A stretch of DNA of 63,758 nt, the filler included. It is 6 parts of 6 records of this genome, joined end to end, with 100 filler letters (N's around TTAATTAATTAA, not from the genome) between each part and the next. Parts side by side here need not be neighbours in the genome. Positions count along the whole stretch, not along the records: positions 26,502 to 49,315 come from SRR20825010_291; positions 49,416 to 54,666 come from SRR20825010_297; 4 more parts are not named here. One strand, written 5' to 3'. A program made the translations under genes and the position numbers. Positions within the stretch are counted from its first letter, which is position 1, and each line of letters starts with the position of its first letter. Below the pieces are notes generated by a model. The model did no database searches, was not told the origin of the DNA, and worked only from the letters and a program-made list of their open reading frames with translations. Shown here piece by piece: positions 41,136 through 51,890 of this stretch.

Positions 41136-42446
41136 TCAGAACAGCAGATCCGGCAGATAGGTGGCAATTTGCGGGAAGATCATGATCAACCCCAGACCCA
41201 CAATTTCAACAATCACAAAGGGAATGATCGATGAGTAGATATCCTTCATGGTGATGCTCGGTGGCACCACCCCTTTCAGATAGAACAGATTGAAACCGAA
41301 AGGCGGCGTCATGTAGCCGATTTCCATATTGATCACGAACAGGATGCCGAACCATATCGGGTCAAATCCCAGGGACTCAACGATGGGCATGAATACCGGC
41401 AGCGTGATCAACATGATGCCAACCGGGTCCAGCACCATGGCCAGCAGGAACACGATCACCATCATGGCGACGATGATGCCCCAGGGGCCGCCGGGAATCA
41501 TATTCATCAGCCCCTCGATCAGATCCTGGGCCCCCATGCTCTGATAGGCAGCACTGAAGGCGTGGGCTGCGAACAGGATCCACATGATCATACCGGTGAG
41601 CTTGAAGGTGCGGATCGCCGCTTCCTGCAGGATGCTCCACTTGAACTGACGGTACACCGCAGCGGATATCAGGGCGCCGAGCACGCCCATGGCGGCGGCT
41701 TCGGTTGGCGTGGTAATGCCGCCAATGATAGAGCCCAGAACCATGATCACAACACCGATGGGCAGCAGTACCGCCCGCAGGGCACGCAACTTCTCCGGCC
41801 AGGTGCCACGCTCTTCCTTGGGCAGCGCCGGGGCCAGTTCGGGCTGCAGGTGGCAGCGCACCAGGATGTAGATGGCGGTCAGTACCATCAGCAGAATACC
41901 GGGCATGATGCCGGCAGCGAACATCTTGCCCACCGACACACCGGTAATCAGGGCATAGAGGATCATCAGAATGCTGGGAGGAATCAGTATGCCCCAGCCC
42001 CCACCGGTGTTGATCACACCCAGGGCCATCTTCTTGTCGTAGCCCCGTTCAAGCATTGAGGGCAGAGCGATGGTGCCCATGGCGACGACCGCCGCGCCAC
42101 TGATGCCGACCATGGCTGCAAAAACGGCGCAGATGCCAAGGGTGCCAATCGCGAGGCCGCCCCGCAGGCCGCCGCACCAAAGATGCATCATGCGGTACAG
42201 GTCTTTGGCAACCCCGGTTCGCTCCAGAATCATCGCCATGAAGACAAACAGGGGGATCGCCACCAGGGTAAAGCTTTCCATGGTGCCCCAGATCTGCGAG
42301 GACACCATGTAGAAGGAGTCGAATCCCCAGGTGAAGTAGAGGAAGACAACGGATACGCCGCCCAGCACAAAGGCCAGTGGCAGGCCCAGAAGCAGGAAAA
42401 ACAGCAGGGAGCCGAAGAACAGCAGCGTGAGGATTTCAATGCTCAC
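41136..42446 (-). CDS. dctM: TRAP transporter large permease
   Basis: AIPLFVFM, GILIPPS, TPTEAA, TPPFGFNLF. Confidence 0.95.
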   Translation of the reverse strand: MSIEILTLLFFGSLLFFLLLGLPLAFVLGGVSVVFLYFTWGFDSFYMVSSQIWGTMESFTLVAIPLFVFMAMILERTGVAKDLYRMMHLWCGGLRGGLAIGTLGICAVFAAMVGISGAAVVAMGTIALPSMLERGYDKKMALGVINTGGGWGILIPPSILMILYALITGVSVGKMFAAGIMPGILLMVLTAIYILVRCHLQPELAPALPKEERGTWPEKLRALRAVLLPIGVVIMVLGSIIGGITTPTEAAAMGVLGALISAAVYRQFKWSILQEAAIRTFKLTGMIMWILFAAHAFSAAYQSMGAQDLIEGLMNMIPGGPWGIIVAMMVIVFLLAMVLDPVGIMLITLPVFMPIVESLGFDPIWFGILFVINMEIGYMTPPFGFNLFYLKGVVPPSITMKDIYSSIIPFVIVEIVGLGLIMIFPQIATYLPDLLF

Positions 42447-42991
42447 AATGGCTCTCCTTTGGCGTCGTCCTGGGGTTCGGGGGTGTAGTAATTGAGGTTG
42501 AAGGCCACTGCGATATCTTCCAGTAACTTGACGATGCCTTGCAGAACCAGCAGGCCAGTGCCCAATGGAATGGCAGCTTTCACCGGCCAGATAGGCGGGT
42601 TCCAGGCGGAATAGGAGGTTTCCCAGCTGGCAATGGACTCACTGGCCATGTCGTAGCCGAAGTAAAGCAGGGCCAGGGTGAATATAAAGAATATTGTTGA
42701 AGTCAGAATGTCGAGCACGGCACGGCCGCGGGGCGGAAGGTGTGAGTGCAGCAGATCAACATTCACATGGCCACGGTGAGCCATGATGTAACCCCCGGAC
42801 ATGACGGCGTAGATGCCAAACAGCATCTGGGTCAGTTCGTTGGTCCATACCGTGGGTGAGTTGAACAGGTAGCGAAACGCCACCTCCATGATCAGGAATG
42901 CGAACATGGCAAAAACGATCAGCGCTATCCCGCGCCCGATGACATCATTGAGACGGGTAACCCCTCTCATGAATGCGCTCAACACACCCAT
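42443..42991 (-). CDS. dctQ: TRAP transporter small permease
   Basis: 4 TM, EVAFRYLFNSPTVW, HVNVD. Confidence 0.93.
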   Translation of the reverse strand: MGVLSAFMRGVTRLNDVIGRGIALIVFAMFAFLIMEVAFRYLFNSPTVWTNELTQMLFGIYAVMSGGYIMAHRGHVNVDLLHSHLPPRGRAVLDILTSTIFFIFTLALLYFGYDMASESIASWETSYSAWNPPIWPVKAAIPLGTGLLVLQGIVKLLEDIAVAFNLNYYTPEPQDDAKGEPL

Positions 42992-43072
42992 TGGTATTCT
43001 CCGGGAAACGGTTCGTTCAAAAGCAAAGCCGGGCCTGAAAAGCTGGCCCGGCCGGTTTCAGGTGTCAGGCGT

Positions 43073-44122
43073 TTACAGGTAACCAAGCTCTGACAGGTAG
43101 TCTTTCAGCATGTCCAGCGCCTTCTGGGCGTTGTCGCTGCGCTTGCCTTCCTCATCCCACAACGTCTGTGCGGTCTGGGTCAGACGGTTCTGAACGTCCT
43201 CCGGCAAGGTGTTGACCTGAACATTGTGTTCGCTGATGGCCTTGGCCAGCGTGATGCGTTCCTTGTACTGATACTCGTTGGTACGGAACCAGAACTGTTC
43301 CTCAAGGGCCTGCTTGACGATGTTCTGCATATCCTCGGGCAACTTGTTCAACGCTTTCTGGCTGACAATGATGACGTCGGTGCCGGCAATGTTCAGTGCT
43401 GGCTGCACGTGGTATTTGGCCACTTCATACAGGCCCATACTGAATGCGCCCTGAGAAGCCCCCCAGTGGGCACCGTCAACAATGCCGGAGTCCAGGGCGG
43501 AGTAGAGTTCGCTGCCCGGGATGTAGGATGCGGCGGCACCGGCGTCGGTCAGAAAGCTTTGCAGCGCACCAGAGGAGCGGATTTTCAGCTTGGTGAAGTC
43601 TTCCCAGCTATTAATAGGCTGCTTGACCACCATCTCGGTCGGGTAGACCTTGTCAGTCGCCCAATAGACATTGTGTTTGGCCGCTTCATCGCGAAGCATC
43701 TGTTCGAACCCGAGGCCCTGATGGAAATAGGCGGCTTCCCAGACATTACGGAAGGCAAACGGCAGGCCCGAGGCAATACCCGCGAGGGTGATCTTGTCCT
43801 GGGCGTAAGCCGGGGAAATGGTGCCCATTTCCAGGATGCCCCGGCTGACAGCGTTGAAGATTTCCTTGGCTTTAAACAGCGAGCCTGCTTCGTAAAGTTC
43901 CAGCTCCAGACGGCCATCGGTGCGCTCTTCAAGAATGGTCTTGAGTCGAACCAGACTGTCTTCATAGGAACTGCTGGAGCCAGGCCAATGGGATTGGACC
44001 TTCCAGGTAAAGCTTTCTTCAGCGGCAGCTGCCGGAGCGCTGGCCAGTGCGGCGGTCAGGCCCAGGGTCAGGGCAGAACCGTACGTGATCAGGGTTTTTC
44101 TGGCGGTTGTTAGTATCTTCAT
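43073..44122 (-). CDS. dctP: TRAP transporter substrate-binding protein
   Basis: Signal peptide, ERTDGRL, LKIRSSG, ELYSALDSGIVDG. Confidence 0.93.
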   Translation of the reverse strand: MKILTTARKTLITYGSALTLGLTAALASAPAAAAEESFTWKVQSHWPGSSSSYEDSLVRLKTILEERTDGRLELELYEAGSLFKAKEIFNAVSRGILEMGTISPAYAQDKITLAGIASGLPFAFRNVWEAAYFHQGLGFEQMLRDEAAKHNVYWATDKVYPTEMVVKQPINSWEDFTKLKIRSSGALQSFLTDAGAAASYIPGSELYSALDSGIVDGAHWGASQGAFSMGLYEVAKYHVQPALNIAGTDVIIVSQKALNKLPEDMQNIVKQALEEQFWFRTNEYQYKERITLAKAISEHNVQVNTLPEDVQNRLTQTAQTLWDEEGKRSDNAQKALDMLKDYLSELGYL

Positions 44123-44278
44123 TGCTGGACCTCGATCATTATTGTGTTGGACGTCCTGTTCGTGATTTCACTGTGCGGAATTAGTGACTGCAGAATGAAT
44201 CCGTGTATCTGAATCTATCACACACTTTGCTTTTTGCAATAGGATGGTTGCCGATATTCCATTACCAAAGTTTAGTTC

Positions 44279-45034
44279 ATGGAGGCATTCATCGTGATCA
44301 TCACCCAAAATCAGCCAGGTGTGGCCCACCTGGTGATCAGCAGGACGGACAAAAAAAACGCATTGACTCGCGATATGTACCGGGCGCTGGCCGAAGGTGT
44401 GAGCAAAGCAGCGGCAGATACCAGCGTGCATGCCATTGTGCTCAGCGGTGACGGTGGTGTTTTTACCGCCGGCAATGATCTCGATGATTTCCGCGCCCGC
44501 GCTACGGATAAGAATCCCAAGCCCTCTGCGGGTCTGGCTTTTATCGAAGCCCTGATGGTGTGCGATACGCCCATCATTGCTGCGGTGGAAGGACTTGCCA
44601 TCGGGATCGGCACTACCCTGTTGTTGCATTGTGACTCCGTCATCGCTGGCCGCTCCGCACGTTTCAAAACCGCCTTTGTGGATCTGGGGCTGGTGCCGGA
44701 GGCGGCTTCTACCGTGACCATGCCGTTGCATCTGGGTTCCCGGCGTACCGCGGATCTGCTGCTGATGGGAGGCACTCTGAACGGCGAGGAAGCTAGGGAA
44801 TGTGGCCTGGTCAGTCATGTGGTTGATGATGGGCTGGCGGTGGATGAAGCATTGGCACAGGCTGACGCGCTCGCGGCTAAACCCCGGGAAGCCCTGCGGG
44901 CAACCAAGCGCCTCATCAAGGCGCCCTGGCGGGAAGTGGTGAGCGAGGCCCTTGAGAGGGAGCGCGCCGTGTTTGCCGACAGACTGCGGTCGGAGGATTG
45001 CCGGGCCGCCCTTGCGCGCATGGGCAAGGGCTAG
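44279..45034 (+). CDS. Crotonase-family protein (enoyl-CoA isomerase-like)
   Basis: KKNALT, FTAGNDL, AIGIGTTLLLHCD, LGLVPEAAS; start may be GTG 44294. Confidence 0.88.
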   Translation: MEAFIVIITQNQPGVAHLVISRTDKKNALTRDMYRALAEGVSKAAADTSVHAIVLSGDGGVFTAGNDLDDFRARATDKNPKPSAGLAFIEALMVCDTPIIAAVEGLAIGIGTTLLLHCDSVIAGRSARFKTAFVDLGLVPEAASTVTMPLHLGSRRTADLLLMGGTLNGEEARECGLVSHVVDDGLAVDEALAQADALAAKPREALRATKRLIKAPWREVVSEALERERAVFADRLRSEDCRAALARMGKG

Positions 45035-45035
45035 T

Positions 45036-46622
45036 TCAGGGCCAGTAAGGCGCCCGCAGATCGCGCTTCAACACCTTGCCAATGGTGGAACGGGGCAGCT
45101 CCGGGCGGAATTCAATGGCCGTCAGGCGCTGGGCCTTGCCCAGTTGACCATTGGTCCACTCGAGGATCTCCGCCTCATCCTCTGTGCAGCCGGGCTTGAG
45201 CACCACCAGCCCCAGCGGGGTTTCGCCCCATTGTTCGCTGGGAATGGCAATCACCGCAACGTCGGCGACGGCCGGATGGGCCAGCAGTACCTTTTCGAGA
45301 TCCACCGCGTAGATGTTGAAACCGCCGGAGATGATCATGTCCTTGCGTCGGTCCAGGATATACACAAAACCTTCTTCATCGACTCGGCCCATATCACCGC
45401 TGCGATAGAAGACCAGGCCCTCGGGGCTGGTCCAGAGCATGTCCCGGGTCTGTTCCTCGCGGTTGATATATCCCCGCATCATGGAGATGGCGCGGCCCAC
45501 GATCTCCCCGGTCTCGCCCCGGGGCAGCTCGTTGCCCTCCTCGTCAATTACCCGAACTTCCGCGCCTTCGGTGGGTTTTCCCACGGAGTCCCATTTGTCC
45601 GGGTGGGCCGCGCAGTCCAGGCTGGTGGAGATGCCGCCTTCGGTCAGGCCATACACCTCGCGGATGTTGCCCGGCCAGCGCTCCATGGCTTCCCGGATGA
45701 CGTCCGCCCTGAGGGGAGCGCTGGTGCACAACTTGAGCTGGAACGCGGACAGGTCGAAGCGATTGAATTCCGGATCGGCGAGGATGCGTTGGTACTGAAC
45801 CGGCACCAGCATGGCGTGGGTCACGCGATAGCGTTCAGCCATTTCCAGGAACCGCCGGGCATCAAACTTTGCCATCAGCACCAGGGTGCCGCCGTAGAAC
45901 AGAGTTGGCAGTACGGACACCAGCGTGGTGTTGGAGTACATCGGCGTGGACACCAGGTTAACGGCGTTGCCATCAAGCCCGAAGCGACTCATTCGGACCA
46001 TCTGGCGCTGGCGGAAACGGTAATCGTGAAGAATGCCCTTGGGGGTGCCGGTCGTGCCCGAGCTGTAAATGACATTGAACGGATCATCCAGGGTGACCGT
46101 GGCCGGGCGCGCCTCCGCGCCAATATCGCCCAGCCAGGACTCAAGATCCTGACGCATTCCCGGGCTGTGGCCGTCGAGCCCTATACATTGATCGCGCCCG
46201 AGCGTATCGAGCTTGTCGGCAATGCCTTCAAACAGCTCGATGTTCTTCTTGGAAACAAACAGGAAGCGGGCTCTGCAGTCATTCAGCATCAGTGCCAGGC
46301 TGCTGCCACTCGCCATGCCTGAAAGCGGCACCATGCAACCGCCGGCCACCAACGTCCCCAGGTACAGAGCAACATAATGGATGCTGTTTTCTGACAAACC
46401 CGCTACGGCGTCACCTTGTTTCAGGCCGGCGGATCGCAGCCGGTTGGCGATGCGGTTGGCTTGCCTGACAAGCGCCTGCCAGCTGAGCTGGGTCTCGCCA
46501 TCGATGAGTGCGATATGGTCCGGGCGTTCGAGGGCGAGGTGCTGGATGCGTTGGCCAATGGCGTCCATGGACTCATCGGGATCGGTGGAGGCATAGACGG
46601 GCATGTGCTGCGTGTTTTTCAT
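45036..46622 (-). CDS. Class I adenylate-forming enzyme (acyl-CoA synthetase)
   Basis: YSSGTTGTPKG, YGLTEG, SGDMG, DRRKDMIISGG, IGKV. Confidence 0.93.
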   Translation of the reverse strand: MKNTQHMPVYASTDPDESMDAIGQRIQHLALERPDHIALIDGETQLSWQALVRQANRIANRLRSAGLKQGDAVAGLSENSIHYVALYLGTLVAGGCMVPLSGMASGSSLALMLNDCRARFLFVSKKNIELFEGIADKLDTLGRDQCIGLDGHSPGMRQDLESWLGDIGAEARPATVTLDDPFNVIYSSGTTGTPKGILHDYRFRQRQMVRMSRFGLDGNAVNLVSTPMYSNTTLVSVLPTLFYGGTLVLMAKFDARRFLEMAERYRVTHAMLVPVQYQRILADPEFNRFDLSAFQLKLCTSAPLRADVIREAMERWPGNIREVYGLTEGGISTSLDCAAHPDKWDSVGKPTEGAEVRVIDEEGNELPRGETGEIVGRAISMMRGYINREEQTRDMLWTSPEGLVFYRSGDMGRVDEEGFVYILDRRKDMIISGGFNIYAVDLEKVLLAHPAVADVAVIAIPSEQWGETPLGLVVLKPGCTEDEAEILEWTNGQLGKAQRLTAIEFRPELPRSTIGKVLKRDLRAPYWP

Positions 46623-46762
46623 TTTTTCGCCTATTGTAGTTCCGGTGTTTTATCTAGTGAAATTTACTTCCGAATATATTGACTCAAAACCGGAAGGCGT
46701 GACAAATTACAGTAGAAGGTGAATTCGCGACGACGCAACAAACTATAAAAAGGAGCATCGGC

Positions 46763-47557
46763 ATGGGGCGTTTCGACAAGCGGGTAGCCATCGTCACCGG
46801 GGCCGGCAGTGGTATCGGCAGGGCCACGGCGGTTCGCCTGGCGCGGGAGGGCGCGCAGGTGGTGATGATGGATATGTCCGAAGCGGGCCTGCTGGATACC
46901 GAGGGTCTGATGCCCGAGGGAGCGGAAACCCTGCGTCGCATTGGAGACGTGGCTGATGAGGAGCAGGTTAGCGCACTGGTGGGCGAAACTGTCTCGACCT
47001 TCGGTCGCATTGACGTGTTGTGTAACGTTGCCGGCATCGCCAGCACCAGTGGTGGTCACCCCGATATTACCGGTAACGACCGGGGCGAATGGGAACAGGT
47101 GCTGGCGGTGAACCTGATTGGCACCATGCTGTTTATAAAGCATGTGGCGCCCCACATGCAGGCCCGCAAGCTGGGCTCGATTGTTAATACCGCCTCGGTG
47201 GCCGGTCTTCGCTCTGGTGCCGGTGGTAACGCTTACAGCGCGTCCAAGGCTGGTGTGGTTAACCTCACCATGACTGCTGCCTGCGATCTGGGGAACGACA
47301 ATGTACGCGTGAATGCGGTGTGCCCGGGGCTGGTGGAAACCGGCATGACCCAGGCTGTTTTTGACTATGCCCGCGCCAATGAGAAAGCCCATAAGCTTGG
47401 ATCACGGTGTGAATTGCGGCGCTATGGTGCGCCGGAAGAAATTGCCGCCGCCATTCTGTTCCTGGCCAGTGATGACGCCAGCTACATCACTGGTCAGTCT
47501 CTGCCCGTAGACGGCGGCAACACCGCTTCTCTGAACCTGCCTGGAATGAAAGTGTAA
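46763..47557 (+). CDS. SDR family NAD(P)-dependent oxidoreductase
   Basis: TGAGSGIG, YSASK, VNAVCPG. Confidence 0.94.
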   Translation: MGRFDKRVAIVTGAGSGIGRATAVRLAREGAQVVMMDMSEAGLLDTEGLMPEGAETLRRIGDVADEEQVSALVGETVSTFGRIDVLCNVAGIASTSGGHPDITGNDRGEWEQVLAVNLIGTMLFIKHVAPHMQARKLGSIVNTASVAGLRSGAGGNAYSASKAGVVNLTMTAACDLGNDNVRVNAVCPGLVETGMTQAVFDYARANEKAHKLGSRCELRRYGAPEEIAAAILFLASDDASYITGQSLPVDGGNTASLNLPGMKV

Positions 47558-47997
47558 TGAGTGAAGACAGCCTGCATATCCGTGGTGGCCAGGACCTGCC
47601 AGGATTTCACAATCTGCTGGGGTATCACCAGGTGTCCTGGGAGGAGAACGAAGCGGTGATTGGCCTGGAACTGCAGCCCTGCCATCTCAATCTGGGCGGC
47701 GTGATTCACGGCGGTGTGTTGACCTCGCTGCTGGATATCGCAATGGCCGAGGCCGGCACCTACTGTCCGTATCCCGGCCGGATACGCAAAGCCATTACCC
47801 TGTCGCTGACGACAACGTTCACCGGACAGTGTTCCGGTGGAACTATCCGGGTCACCGGTCGCAAACGGGCCGGCGGCACCCGAATTTTTAACAGCACCGG
47901 AGAGGTTCACGACGACAAGGGGAATCTCCTGGCCATCGCCGAAGGCACCTTCCGCATTCGCTCCGGGAGTGAGAAACCGGAAGGCGTGCCAATCTGA
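47557..47997 (+). CDS. PaaI family thioesterase
   Basis: HLNLGGVIHGGVLTSLLD hotdog motif; TAATG coupling. Confidence 0.9.
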   Translation: MSEDSLHIRGGQDLPGFHNLLGYHQVSWEENEAVIGLELQPCHLNLGGVIHGGVLTSLLDIAMAEAGTYCPYPGRIRKAITLSLTTTFTGQCSGGTIRVTGRKRAGGTRIFNSTGEVHDDKGNLLAIAEGTFRIRSGSEKPEGVPI

Positions 47998-48021
47998 TCC
48001 TTCAACCAATGAGGTACTGGA

Positions 48022-49224
48022 ATGTTTGAGCTGTCTGATAAAGCCAAAAAACTGCAGGCACAGCTTCACGAATTCATGGACGCCCATATTTACCCGAATG
48101 AGCACAAGCACCATGAACAGGTCGAGCAGGCGAAGAATCGCTGGGCGCCGGTACCGATCGTCGAGGAGTTGAAGGTCAAGGCGAAAGCCGCGGGGCTGTG
48201 GAACCTGTTCCTGCCCGACAGTGAATTCGGCGCCGGTCTGACCAACTATGAGTACGCCCATTTGTGCGAGGTCATGGGGCGCTCGGCCATGGCGCCGGAG
48301 GTGTTCAACTGCTCCGCGCCGGACACCGGCAACATGGAAACCATCGCCCGCTACGGCAACAAAGAGCAGCAGGACAAGTGGCTGAAGCCCCTGCTTGATG
48401 GCGAGATCCGCTCCTGTTTCTCCATGACCGAGCCTGACGTGGCCTCTTCCGATGCCACCAATATTGCCTGTGAAATCCGTCGCGAAGGCGATGAGTATGT
48501 GATCAATGGCCGTAAGTGGTGGTCGTCAGGTGCCATGACCACCACCTCTAAAATCGCCATTGTTATGGGCAAGACCGATCCGGGGGCTGAGAAGCACAAG
48601 CAGCAGTCGATGATTCTGGTGCCGCTGGACACGCCGGGCGTGAAGATGATCCGCCCGCTGACGGTGTTTGGCTATGACCATGCCCCTCACGGTCACGCTG
48701 AGATTCAGTATGACAATGTGCGGGTGCCGGTGGACAACATTCTGTTGGGTGAGGGCCGTGGTTTTGAAATTGCCCAGGGCCGCCTTGGGCCGGGCCGTAT
48801 TCACCACTGTATGCGCACCATCGGGGTTGCCGAGCGTGCCCTCGAGCTGATGTGCAAGCGTGCCAATGCCCGCGAGGCTTTCGGTAAGCCGCTGTCGAGT
48901 TTCGATTCCATTCGCAAGGATATTGCCCGCAGTCGCATGGAGATTGAACAGGCTCGGCTGATGACCCTGAAAGCGGCGCACATGATGGACACCGTTGGTA
49001 ATAAGGTGGCTCGTCAGGAGATTGCGATGATCAAGGTGATCGCACCGAGCATGGCGCTGAAGGTGTTGGACCGGGCGATTCAGGTTCATGGCGGCGCGGG
49101 CGTGTCTCAGGACACGTTCCTGGCCGAAGCCTGGGCCAAGGTGCGGACGTTGCGGCTGGCGGACGGGCCGGATGAGGTGCACCTGGATTCTGTTGCCAAG
49201 CTGGAGCTCAAACAATACCGGTAA
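48022..49224 (+). CDS. Acyl-CoA dehydrogenase (ACAD10/11-like clade)
   Basis: [48 protein letters not shown]. Confidence 0.95.
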   Translation: MFELSDKAKKLQAQLHEFMDAHIYPNEHKHHEQVEQAKNRWAPVPIVEELKVKAKAAGLWNLFLPDSEFGAGLTNYEYAHLCEVMGRSAMAPEVFNCSAPDTGNMETIARYGNKEQQDKWLKPLLDGEIRSCFSMTEPDVASSDATNIACEIRREGDEYVINGRKWWSSGAMTTTSKIAIVMGKTDPGAEKHKQQSMILVPLDTPGVKMIRPLTVFGYDHAPHGHAEIQYDNVRVPVDNILLGEGRGFEIAQGRLGPGRIHHCMRTIGVAERALELMCKRANAREAFGKPLSSFDSIRKDIARSRMEIEQARLMTLKAAHMMDTVGNKVARQEIAMIKVIAPSMALKVLDRAIQVHGGAGVSQDTFLAEAWAKVRTLRLADGPDEVHLDSVAKLELKQYR

Positions 49225-49249
49225 TTGTTTTGGCCCGCTTTGTCGGGTG

Positions 49250-49315
49250 CGTGAACGAACGGGGAGGAACCTGCCGGGACGCGCTGTGAATACGTCCATG
49301 TACGCTCGACAAAAA
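49250..49315. repeat. Partial intergenic palindromic repeat at contig end
   Basis: ..GCTGTGAATACGTCCATGTACGCTCG.., same core as 26502. Confidence 0.6.
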
Positions 49316-49415
49316 NNNNNNNNNNNNNNNNNNNNNNNNNNNNNNNNNNNNNNNNNNNNTTAATTAATTAANNNNNNNNNNNNNNNNNNNNNNNNNNNNN
49401 NNNNNNNNNNNNNNN
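49316..49415. other. Artificial contig spacer
   Basis: 44 N + TTAATTAATTAA + 44 N. Confidence 0.99.
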
Positions 49416-49767
49416 CGCCCCATTGCGCCTCAAACCAGGCGCGGAAGGTGAGCGCGGGTATACCCATCGCGGGGCCCGCGGCGGCCTTGACGGTGCGCAG
49501 CGTTTCCATCCGGGCATAGGTGATCCACGGCCCTTCCCGCCCCTTCGGCGCCCGGTCGAACAGGCGGACGTTGGAAATCCCCTCCATCCGCAGGGCAAGA
49601 TTGGCGACAAGACCGCACAGTCCGGCCCCGATGACCGCCACATCCAGGACCTCGGTGCCATCCGGGCCGCCCGTCGCCGGCATCCATGCCTTGGGAGGCA
49701 GGTTCAGCAGCGTGCGCTGCCGCTCAAGTTCGGCTTCCAGCGCCACAAGGCCAGAGGTTTCCGTCAT
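49416..49767 (-). CDS. FAD/NAD(P)-dependent monooxygenase, HpyO (urate hydroxylase)-like, 3' truncated
   Basis: GLVALEAEL..LDVAVIGAGLCGL, EGPWITYARMETLR, PALTFRAWFEAQWG resemble the HpyO N-terminus as remembered. Confidence 0.75.
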
Positions 49768-49786
49768 TCGGGTTCTATTCCTTGCA

Positions 49787-50752
49787 TTACAGACTGGACC
49801 GTTCCAGCAACCGGACATCCGAGGGGTCGTGAAACACGCAGTCTGGTATTGTCTTCGAACAGGCAGCCTCGAAACCTGCCACGAAAGAAAGAAGTTCGCC
49901 GGGAAGCACCCGCCCGGCGGCGCTGAAAAGCCCCCAGATATAGGGCAGGGCAACGGCGAGCGGCCGGATCGACACGCCCTCGACCGGAATGCCGAACGCC
50001 GTCACCGGATCGATGATGGCGATACCAAGCCCCGCGCGCGCGGCCATCATGGCGTTGAGCGAGGAATTGGTGACCATCTCGGCGGCCGGGACAATGTCTT
50101 CGCGCTTGAGCGCGCCGTTGATCTTGCCGCGAATGCGGTAGGCATTGCCGACAGTCAAAAGCCGCGCGGCGGCGAGGGTTTCGAGCGGGAGCGGCCCGGT
50201 GATATCGAACGGCCCGCCCTTTTCGACAGCCGCGACCAGCCGGGATTCGCAGATCACCTTCGCTTCCAGCGTGGCGTGTTCGAACGGCAGGGCGGAGATG
50301 CCGAAATCCGCCGTCCTGCTGGTCAGTGCGCGCGCCACATGCTCGGCATTCATGGTCTCGATGTTGACAACGCCCGGCAGGTCTTGCCCCATGCGCGCAA
50401 GCGTTGGGCTCAACAGCCCGCCAGCCATGGTCGGCGTGGCGGCGATATCGATCGCCGCGATCCGACCGTCGCGAATGGCGGCGGCGCGCTCGCGGATCTG
50501 GTGCAGGCCAGACATCAGCCGCTGCACCTCACCGTAGAACTGCAGGCCGCGCTCGGTCGGCGAGATGCGCGGACCGTTGCGGTGGAACAGCGCAAAGCCC
50601 ACCGAATCCTCCAGCTCCTTGATCTGCCGGGTCACGGCCGGTTGCCCGATGCCCAACTGCTTGGCGGCGGCCGTCATCGATCCGCAGGCCATGGCGGCCT
50701 GGAAAGCTTCCAGCGTCTTCACATCAGAAATTTTATCATTCGATATTGACAT
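49787..50752 (-). CDS. LysR family transcriptional regulator
   Basis: GSMTAAAKQLGIGQPAVTRQIKELEDSVGFALFHR; start 50752 or 50773. Confidence 0.95.
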   Translation of the reverse strand: MSISNDKISDVKTLEAFQAAMACGSMTAAAKQLGIGQPAVTRQIKELEDSVGFALFHRNGPRISPTERGLQFYGEVQRLMSGLHQIRERAAAIRDGRIAAIDIAATPTMAGGLLSPTLARMGQDLPGVVNIETMNAEHVARALTSRTADFGISALPFEHATLEAKVICESRLVAAVEKGGPFDITGPLPLETLAAARLLTVGNAYRIRGKINGALKREDIVPAAEMVTNSSLNAMMAARAGLGIAIIDPVTAFGIPVEGVSIRPLAVALPYIWGLFSAAGRVLPGELLSFVAGFEAACSKTIPDCVFHDPSDVRLLERSSL

Positions 50753-50879
50753 ATTGAACTCATCATTATCCATATATGTGATATTGGCAAGTGCAGATTA
50801 AGTCATCGATGCGCAACACGCCGTCAAGCGGCGATGCGCGGCAAACGCAACGACAAGATAAAAACAGAGGAATAGCAGC

Positions 50880-51890
50880 ATGTCTTTGATAACACGCTTC
50901 GCGGGCATCGCGACGATCGCCATCGGGACCATCGCCGTGGCCCAGCCTTCATCAGCAACCGAGATCTGGCGACTGAGCTCGATGATGACGCCCGACAGTT
51001 TCGAGGGTAAGGCCTACCAGAAATTCGCCGACCTTGTGACCGAATACACCGATGGCGACATCGAGGTGAAAATCTATCCCAACGAGCAGATCGGCTCGAT
51101 GGATTCCGTCATCGAGCAGCTCAGCCAGGGGATCATCCAGCTTGCCCCGTCGAGCCTGTCCTTCATGTCGCGCTGGGAAGACAGCATCCGCTATGCCTCC
51201 GCTCCCTTCCTGTTCGACAATTACGATCAGTGGTCGAACTTCATCGATGGCGAGTTGTTCCAGTCATGGCTCGGAGCGGTGAACGATAAGGCCAACATCA
51301 CCATTCTCGGCAGCATTCCGGACATGCCGCGCGGCACGTTCCGCACGCTCCTCGCCAACAAGCCGGTCGAGACGGTCGACGACATCAACGGCCTGAAGCT
51401 GCGCCAATTCCAGGATCAGCTCGTGATCGACGCCTGGACCTATCTTGGCGCGGAAGTGCGCGTCCTGCCCTGGGGCGAGGTCTATGACGGCATCAATCGC
51501 GGCATCGTCGACGCCGTGACCTCTCCGGCGGAGCTGATCGAATCGACGCGCTTCTATGAAGTCGCGCCCTATATCATCAGGACGGACGAATATCCCCAGG
51601 CCGTGGCCTGGATGATGAATGCCAATGCCTGGGACAAGCTCACGCCGGAGCAGCAGGAAGCCTTCGAGCGCGCCCATGCGGAAGCATCCGCCTATGCCCG
51701 CCAGTTGCTGGAAGAACAGGCCGCAACGCTGAAGTCCGACCTGGAATCGAAAGACGGCGTCACCGTGAACTTCGATTTCGACACCACCCAGTTCGGCGAG
51801 AAAATGGCGGTCTTCTATCAGGAACGCGCTGACAAGGGCGAGCTGCCGGCCGGCCTGATCGACGCCGTTCAGGCCGCAAAGCAAGAGTGA
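50880..51890 (+). CDS. dctP: TRAP transporter substrate-binding protein
   Basis: Signal peptide, YPNEQIG, GLKLR, WGEVYDGINRGIVDA. Confidence 0.93.
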   Translation: MSLITRFAGIATIAIGTIAVAQPSSATEIWRLSSMMTPDSFEGKAYQKFADLVTEYTDGDIEVKIYPNEQIGSMDSVIEQLSQGIIQLAPSSLSFMSRWEDSIRYASAPFLFDNYDQWSNFIDGELFQSWLGAVNDKANITILGSIPDMPRGTFRTLLANKPVETVDDINGLKLRQFQDQLVIDAWTYLGAEVRVLPWGEVYDGINRGIVDAVTSPAELIESTRFYEVAPYIIRTDEYPQAVAWMMNANAWDKLTPEQQEAFERAHAEASAYARQLLEEQAATLKSDLESKDGVTVNFDFDTTQFGEKMAVFYQERADKGELPAGLIDAVQAAKQE

